Shown here: piece after piece, positions 59,646 to 64,000 of the stretch
How the letters are laid out: every line of letters begins with the position of its first letter
How positions within the stretch are numbered: position 1 is the first letter of the stretch
IMG/VR virus record: IMGVR_UViG_3300006805_000023
Reading direction: 5' to 3' (one strand)
DNA: 64,000 nucleotides
Source of the DNA: a virus
Lineage: Duplodnaviria; Caudoviricetes
The notes under the pieces: model-generated
The model's input: the letters and a program-made list of their open reading frames with translations, nothing else
Told to the model about the DNA's origin: nothing
The model's database searches: none
Position numbers and translations under genes: made by a program

Positions 59646-62546
59646 TTAGGCGTAGGTTCCGGTAACACTGGCTGCTAGGGCGGCGTTGTCAACAACAGAG
59701 GTAGATTTGATGTCTGCAATGTAGGTCCCTGAAACAGCGGCGGACATTGTCGTGTTCTCTCTCAGAGTGTTAGGTGGAAGGACAGAACTGCTAGAGGAGC
59801 TGGAGTTGGACGAGGCAGACGACGGGCTGGAGGATGAGCTACTGGAGGAGTCGATGCTCGATGAGCTTGAATTGGAGGAGGATGAACTGGAGTTGGAGCT
59901 TGAGCTTGAGGAGCTTGAGTTAGAGGAAGGTGAACTGGAGCTGGAAGAACTGAAGTCAGGAGCTGTCATCCCCCACTTTGCAGACAGGTAAGTCTCAATC
60001 TGCTCGACCTCAACGTCAGTGAGAACTCGTGTGAAGATCAGAACCTCGCACAGTTCGCCTTTAAGACCGCGATCTGCTGCTGGGCGTTGCCCAATCAGAA
60101 TGGACGTGTTAGCATCAGACGTTACAGTAGCAGAGCCGGTCGTTGCCCCGTTGTCCGGGTTACCCTGCAGCCTGAGCGTCAGATTGGCTCCCGTGGAACC
60201 ACCGTCCCACTTAGCAGTGGTAAGGTAAGTCGTGTTGAGGGCAATGGTGTTGGAGCTGCTGCGCGCTATGTTGTTGGCGTTCAACGCCGCTCGCATCTGC
60301 TGCAATGCCCCATACTCAGCGTAGTGGTTGCGGACGTTATTGCGGCTCCAGAACTGGTGGAAGGTGCTGGTGGTGGTGCCAGTCAGCTTAACGACCACGA
60401 AACTGGTGAAAACAGTGGTCGCTGACGCTATTGAAGCAGTGGACATCTTCATAGTGCCGTCAAACGCCGCCCCACCGCCAGAAAGGCGAGTAGGAGGAAC
60501 GGTGGCTTCAGTAACGTGATTGCCGGACCCGGACTTGTCCTGCCACCTAAGGATGGGACTACCGACAGACGGCGTGGAGCCTCCTGACGTAGCGTTAAAC
60601 ATCGTAGCCGTGTCCTTACCATCGAGCCACAGCATCAGGTTAGGAACCGTGGCAGCATCAAAGCCAGATGAGCTAGAGGAGGAGTTAGAGGAGGCGGAGC
60701 TGGCGGAGGATGGCGTGCTCGAAGAACTACTGGAATTCGAGGAGGCGGAGCTGGCTGAGGATGGGGAGGAATCCGAGAGAGGGCTGGAACTGCTTGAACT
60801 GGAGTTCGAGGAGGCGGAGGATGGCGTGCTCGAAGAACTGCTGGAGTTCGAGGAAGCGGAGCTGGCGGAGGAGGCAGACGAGAGAGTGCTCGAAGAGCTG
60901 CTGGAGTTAGAGCTATCTGACGAGATGGAGGACGGCGTCGAGCTGGACGAGCTAGATGAGCCAGCCGAGGACAGGCTCGACGCAGAAGACGGAGATGAGC
61001 TGGATGAGCTACTAGACGAGCCAAGCGAGGAGCTGCTCGAACTGGACCCGCTGGAAAGCGAACTCGGCGTAGAAGACGAGCTGGAGTTAGAGGACGGACT
61101 GCTCGAACTGGAGGACTGAGACGAGTTGCTGGACGGCGTGCTCGAAGAGCTGGAGCTGCTGGAGCTGAACCCACATGACGACCTAGACGAGTCAGACGAC
61201 TGAGACGACTGGCTGCTGCTTGAAGATCCGAACGATGACTCACTAGAGGGAGAAGAAAGAGTCGAGCTGGAGCTGTTGCTGCTAGAGGTTGAGCCAAGAG
61301 AGCTGCTACTGGAGTTAGAGGACGCGGAAGACGGCGTCGAGCTAGAGGACGAGCTGGAGCTGGAGAAGCCGACCGATGATTTGCTGGACGGAGAGGACGA
61401 GCTGGAGCTGGAGAAGCCGACCGATGATTTGCTGGACGGAGAGGACGAGCTGGAGCTGGAGCTGTTGCTCGACGATGTGGAGCCAAATGAGCTGCTACTG
61501 GAGTTAGAAGACGCGGAGGACGGCGTCGAGCTGGAAGAGCTGGAAAAGCCGACTGAGGATCTGCTGGAACTGGAAGAATCAGATGACTGACTCGACTTAG
61601 AACTAGCGGAAGACGGCGAACTGGAGCTCTCGGAGCTGTGGCTAGATGGCGTCGAGCTGGAGGAACTGGAGTTCGAGGAGGCGGAGCTGGCGGAGGATGT
61701 GGAGGATGGCGTCGAGCTGGAGGAACTGGAGTTCGAGGACGCGGAGGATGTGGAGGATGGCGTCGAGCTGGAGGAACTGGAGTTCGAGGACGCGGAGCTG
61801 GCGGAGGATGGCGTCGAGCTGGAGGAGCTGGAGTTCGAGGACGCGGAGCTGGCGGAGGACGGCGTCGAGCTGGAGGAACTGGAGTTCGAGGAGGCGGAGC
61901 TGGCGGAGGATGTGGAGCTGGACGACGAGGTGTTGGCGTCAGACAGAACCTCAAGCGCTTTGTCAACCTGGGTTGAGCATCCAAACGAGTCGGTAACCAG
62001 GACTGTGAAGGAATAACCCCCGACCGGGGACATCGACATCGGGTCTGCCGTGGGAGTGCCGGACAAAATGCCAGCAGTGCTCAGGGACAAGCCGTGTGGG
62101 AGAGAACCAGACGACACTGAGAACGTGTAGGGTGACACACCGTTCGAGGCTGACAGAGTCACAAAGTAGGGGGAGCTCTCTATGGCGCTCGACAGCAACT
62201 CGGGGCTAATCGTCAAAACCCCGCAGTCGGCCACCACCCCGGTGAAAACCCGAATGTTGAAGCAGCCGGTTTCCTGATCGACTACTCTGACGGAAAAGGC
62301 AAACGACCCTTGTGTGGTCGGAGTTCCCGACAGCATCCCGGTGGTGCTCATTTCTACACCAGTTGGGAGTTGCCCAGCCAAGAGATCGAAGTAGTAAGAC
62401 CCAGACCCCCCGGTAATGGTCAGCTGCGCGGAGAACGGCTTCCCGGTACGCAGCGGAAAGGCCGCCTGCGGAGAGGTAACGGCCAGTTCGGGGCAAGGGT
62501 TGATGCTAAGGGGGCCGTGAATCAGGCCCCTCGCCATGGGAAGCAT
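59646..62546 (-). CDS. Ser-rich surface/tail protein: two putative Ig (He_PIG-like) domains, Ser-repeat stalk, LamG-like domain
   Basis: LPTGVEMSTTGMLSGTPT and LPHGLSLSTAGILSGTPT; LWLDGKD, WQDKSGSGNH, GELCEVLIFTRVL; poly-Ser. Confidence 0.75.
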   Translation of the reverse strand: MLPMARGLIHGPLSINPCPELAVTSPQAAFPLRTGKPFSAQLTITGGSGSYYFDLLAGQLPTGVEMSTTGMLSGTPTTQGSFAFSVRVVDQETGCFNIRVFTGVVADCGVLTISPELLSSAIESSPYFVTLSASNGVSPYTFSVSSGSLPHGLSLSTAGILSGTPTADPMSMSPVGGYSFTVLVTDSFGCSTQVDKALEVLSDANTSSSSSTSSASSASSNSSSSSSTPSSASSASSNSSSSSSTPSSASSASSNSSSSSSTPSSTSSASSNSSSSSSTPSSTSSASSASSNSSSSSSTPSSHSSESSSSPSSASSKSSQSSDSSSSSRSSVGFSSSSSSTPSSASSNSSSSSFGSTSSSNSSSSSSSSPSSKSSVGFSSSSSSSPSSKSSVGFSSSSSSSSSTPSSASSNSSSSSLGSTSSSNSSSSTLSSPSSESSFGSSSSSQSSQSSDSSRSSCGFSSSSSSSSSTPSSNSSQSSSSSSPSSNSSSSSTPSSLSSGSSSSSSSLGSSSSSSSSSPSSASSLSSAGSSSSSSSTPSSISSDSSNSSSSSSTLSSASSASSASSNSSSSSSTPSSASSNSSSSSSSPLSDSSPSSASSASSNSSSSSSTPSSASSASSNSSSSSSGFDAATVPNLMLWLDGKDTATMFNATSGGSTPSVGSPILRWQDKSGSGNHVTEATVPPTRLSGGGAAFDGTMKMSTASIASATTVFTSFVVVKLTGTTTSTFHQFWSRNNVRNHYAEYGALQQMRAALNANNIARSSSNTIALNTTYLTTAKWDGGSTGANLTLRLQGNPDNGATTGSATVTSDANTSILIGQRPAADRGLKGELCEVLIFTRVLTDVEVEQIETYLSAKWGMTAPDFSSSSSSSPSSNSSSSSSSSNSSSSSSNSSSSSIDSSSSSSSSPSSASSNSSSSSSSVLPPNTLRENTTMSAAVSGTYIADIKSTSVVDNAALAASVTGTYA
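60666..61930 (-). repeat. Ser-rich coding repeat block including 51-bp (ASSNSSSSSSTPSSASS) and 45-bp units
   Basis: tandem units visible, e.g. at 61801-61902. Confidence 0.9.
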
Positions 62547-62549
62547 GTC

Positions 62550-62563
62550 GATACCTAGTTATC
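62550..62563. promoter_or_regulatory. bidirectional late promoter GATACCTAGTTATC
   Basis: CTAGGTATC (-) 3 nt before ATG 62546; CTAGTTATC (+) 5 nt before ATG 62569. Confidence 0.75.
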
Positions 62564-62568
62564 CGGGA

Positions 62569-63312
62569 ATGAACATCAACTACACCAGGGCTGAGCTAGC
62601 CAAGTACATCAAGTCGAAGCTTGGTGGTGCGGTGTGGAGGATCGAAGGCTTCGAAAACACCGACGCTGTAGAGATCTGCATCGACGAGGCCGTCATGAAG
62701 TACAGCGCGCAGGTCCCAATGCTCGGATGGGAGACTATCAAGCCATTTTCCAAGTCGTACACGCTCACCAGTCCCGACGTCATCGGAGTCCTGCAGGTGT
62801 CGTTTTTGGAGGCGGTCAACCGCTTCAGCTCTGCCAACCTGATGATTGGCCTGACTCAGAATCTCACCGGTGTCGTCCCGATCAACGTGGCTGGCACGAC
62901 CCCCAACATTTCCGGCGACATCATGGGGTTCCTCCAGTGGCGTAAGTCGTTCCAGCGCGTCACCTCGACGATGGCTCAGTGGTTCTACGACGATTCCACG
63001 AAGACCATCATGCTGTACAACCCAGCCGGTTATCTTGCCTGCGCCCTGCTGAGTCGCGCCCGTCGCTTCGATGACAAGATCGACACGATCAAGGTCAACC
63101 ACAAGGACTGGCTCCGTGGCTACGCGCTAGCTCTTGCCAAGGATCAGCTCGGCACTCACCGGCGCAAGTTCCAGAGCTCAATTCAGGGTCCAGGCGGCAC
63201 CAAGCTGGACCTGGATGCTGGCAACCTCAAGGATGAGGCGGCCAAGGAGATCGAGTCCCACCTCTCAAAACTGATGGCTATAAGGCCTCTGGCTTGGCCC
63301 ATGTTTGATTGA
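62569..63312 (+). CDS. gp13: T4 gp13-like neck protein
   Basis: KLGG, CIDEAV, WLRGYALALAKDQLGTHRRKFQ..GPGG..LDAGNL. Confidence 0.75.
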   Translation: MNINYTRAELAKYIKSKLGGAVWRIEGFENTDAVEICIDEAVMKYSAQVPMLGWETIKPFSKSYTLTSPDVIGVLQVSFLEAVNRFSSANLMIGLTQNLTGVVPINVAGTTPNISGDIMGFLQWRKSFQRVTSTMAQWFYDDSTKTIMLYNPAGYLACALLSRARRFDDKIDTIKVNHKDWLRGYALALAKDQLGTHRRKFQSSIQGPGGTKLDLDAGNLKDEAAKEIESHLSKLMAIRPLAWPMFD

Positions 63313-63343
63313 TAGTGTTCGTTCGAACATTACCTCTAGGGCA

Positions 63344-63847
63344 TTAGTAAAGGTCCTCGCTGTAAAGCTCGCCCACACCTTTGGAGCCAGTTACCCGGCG
63401 GATCTGCCCAGCGGCCTCTGCTACTTTCCAGGCCTCCTCGCGGGTCAGGAACACGCCCTTCTGGTCCACGAAGCCCTGGTCTGCGACCTTGAGGTGATAT
63501 CCCTCTGCCCCGTAAGCCAGTCGCATGATGGCGCGCATTTCAGGTGAGAAGTGCCGGATGCCGGTCACGATGCTGCCGTCCTTCATCAGCATGGCGGCGC
63601 ACACGATCAGACGCGGCAGCTCGATGCGCTTCTTCGCTGCTCTTGAGGCACGGTCCGTGTTACCGCGATACTGGACGCCACTGCAGAAGCGCGTCCCGTA
63701 GTGGGCAGGAATGATCGGAGACCAGTAAGGGACGGCCGTGCTGGTCCCGCTGTCAGGCGGGGGATAAGTCAGGCACTCATCACCGGCCTGTTTGGTCCAG
63801 TTCATTTTTTCGGCCTCCTCGCCGGAGAAGTAAACGGGATCGTTCAT
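63344..63847 (-). CDS. conserved hypothetical phage protein
   Basis: IVCAA, GIRH, QGFVDQKGVFLTREEAW, LYSEDLY. Confidence 0.75.
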   Translation of the reverse strand: MNDPVYFSGEEAEKMNWTKQAGDECLTYPPPDSGTSTAVPYWSPIIPAHYGTRFCSGVQYRGNTDRASRAAKKRIELPRLIVCAAMLMKDGSIVTGIRHFSPEMRAIMRLAYGAEGYHLKVADQGFVDQKGVFLTREEAWKVAEAAGQIRRVTGSKGVGELYSEDLY

Positions 63848-63999
63848 GTCAAAGAAGCGAGGAGGTTACCCGAACCGACCAGACGGCCATAGCGATCATA
63901 AGTGCGGTTGGTGGAGGGATCGTAGCGACCGACCCGGACGCCCCAGCGATCAGTCGCCGTGACGATACCGGAGCCGGAGGTTTGCTGACGCTGGGTGAC
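63844..63999 (-). CDS. partial hypothetical protein (5' end beyond window)
   Basis: hand-translated ...GRYDPSTNRTYDRYGRLVGSGNLLASLT; ATGA overlap. Confidence 0.6.
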   Translation of the reverse strand, partial: VTQRQQTSGSGIVTATDRWGVRVGRYDPSTNRTYDRYGRLVGSGNLLASLT

Positions 64000-64000
64000 G

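Noticed and set aside
59752-62016. Plus-strand ORFs encoding E/L/D-rich repeats (e.g. EDGVELEELEFEDAELA)
   Set aside because: Antisense shadows of TCC/TCG/AGC Ser codons; the minus-strand frame has recognisable domains and a late promoter.
1-64000. Stop-codon reassignment
   Set aside because: Conserved genes (helicase, DHFR, neck) are intact in code 11, and TAA, TAG and TGA all end genes immediately before promoters or coupled starts.
1-64000. Integrase, reverse transcriptase/DGR, rRNA or clear intrinsic terminators
   Set aside because: No supporting motifs or convincing hairpin-poly(T) elements were recognised by eye; weak terminators could have been missed.

Overview
GC-rich (roughly 60% by eye, not computed), densely packed segment of a large T4-like (myovirus-type) phage genome. 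Recognisable genes: a gp13-like neck protein, a DnaB/gp41-like helicase with a LAGLIDADG intein, DHFR, tRNA-Arg(CCU), a lysozyme-like muramidase, a CoaB-aldolase fusion, a DUF559/Mom-like fusion, HNH and NUMOD3 proteins, tail/surface proteins, and about 100 small hypothetical genes. Three linked patterns are readable by hand. (1) 27 sigma70-type promoters (TTGACA-N17-TAnnnT), 23 of them with the start codon 5-6 nt after the -10 box, implying leaderless early mRNAs. (2) About 20 copies of a second motif, (C/G)TANNTAT(C/T), 3-9 nt before structural and other starts, a probable late promoter. (3) A short N-terminal tag ending in L-x-E/LLE (types ADxLVESLLxE and MxSVTxxLxxLxE) on more than 20 otherwise unrelated proteins, nearly all under the late motif. 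This resembles a capsid-targeting, prohead-protease-cleaved signal; the tagged cargo includes ART-like, GNAT, ParB/Srx and Cys-protease-like enzymes. Two late-operon ORFs are twin-arginine-like leaders fused to fragments of a gp23-type major capsid protein. All functional calls come from motif recognition by eye; no searches were run. Many start codons were moved from the ORF track using promoter geometry or ATGA coupling.
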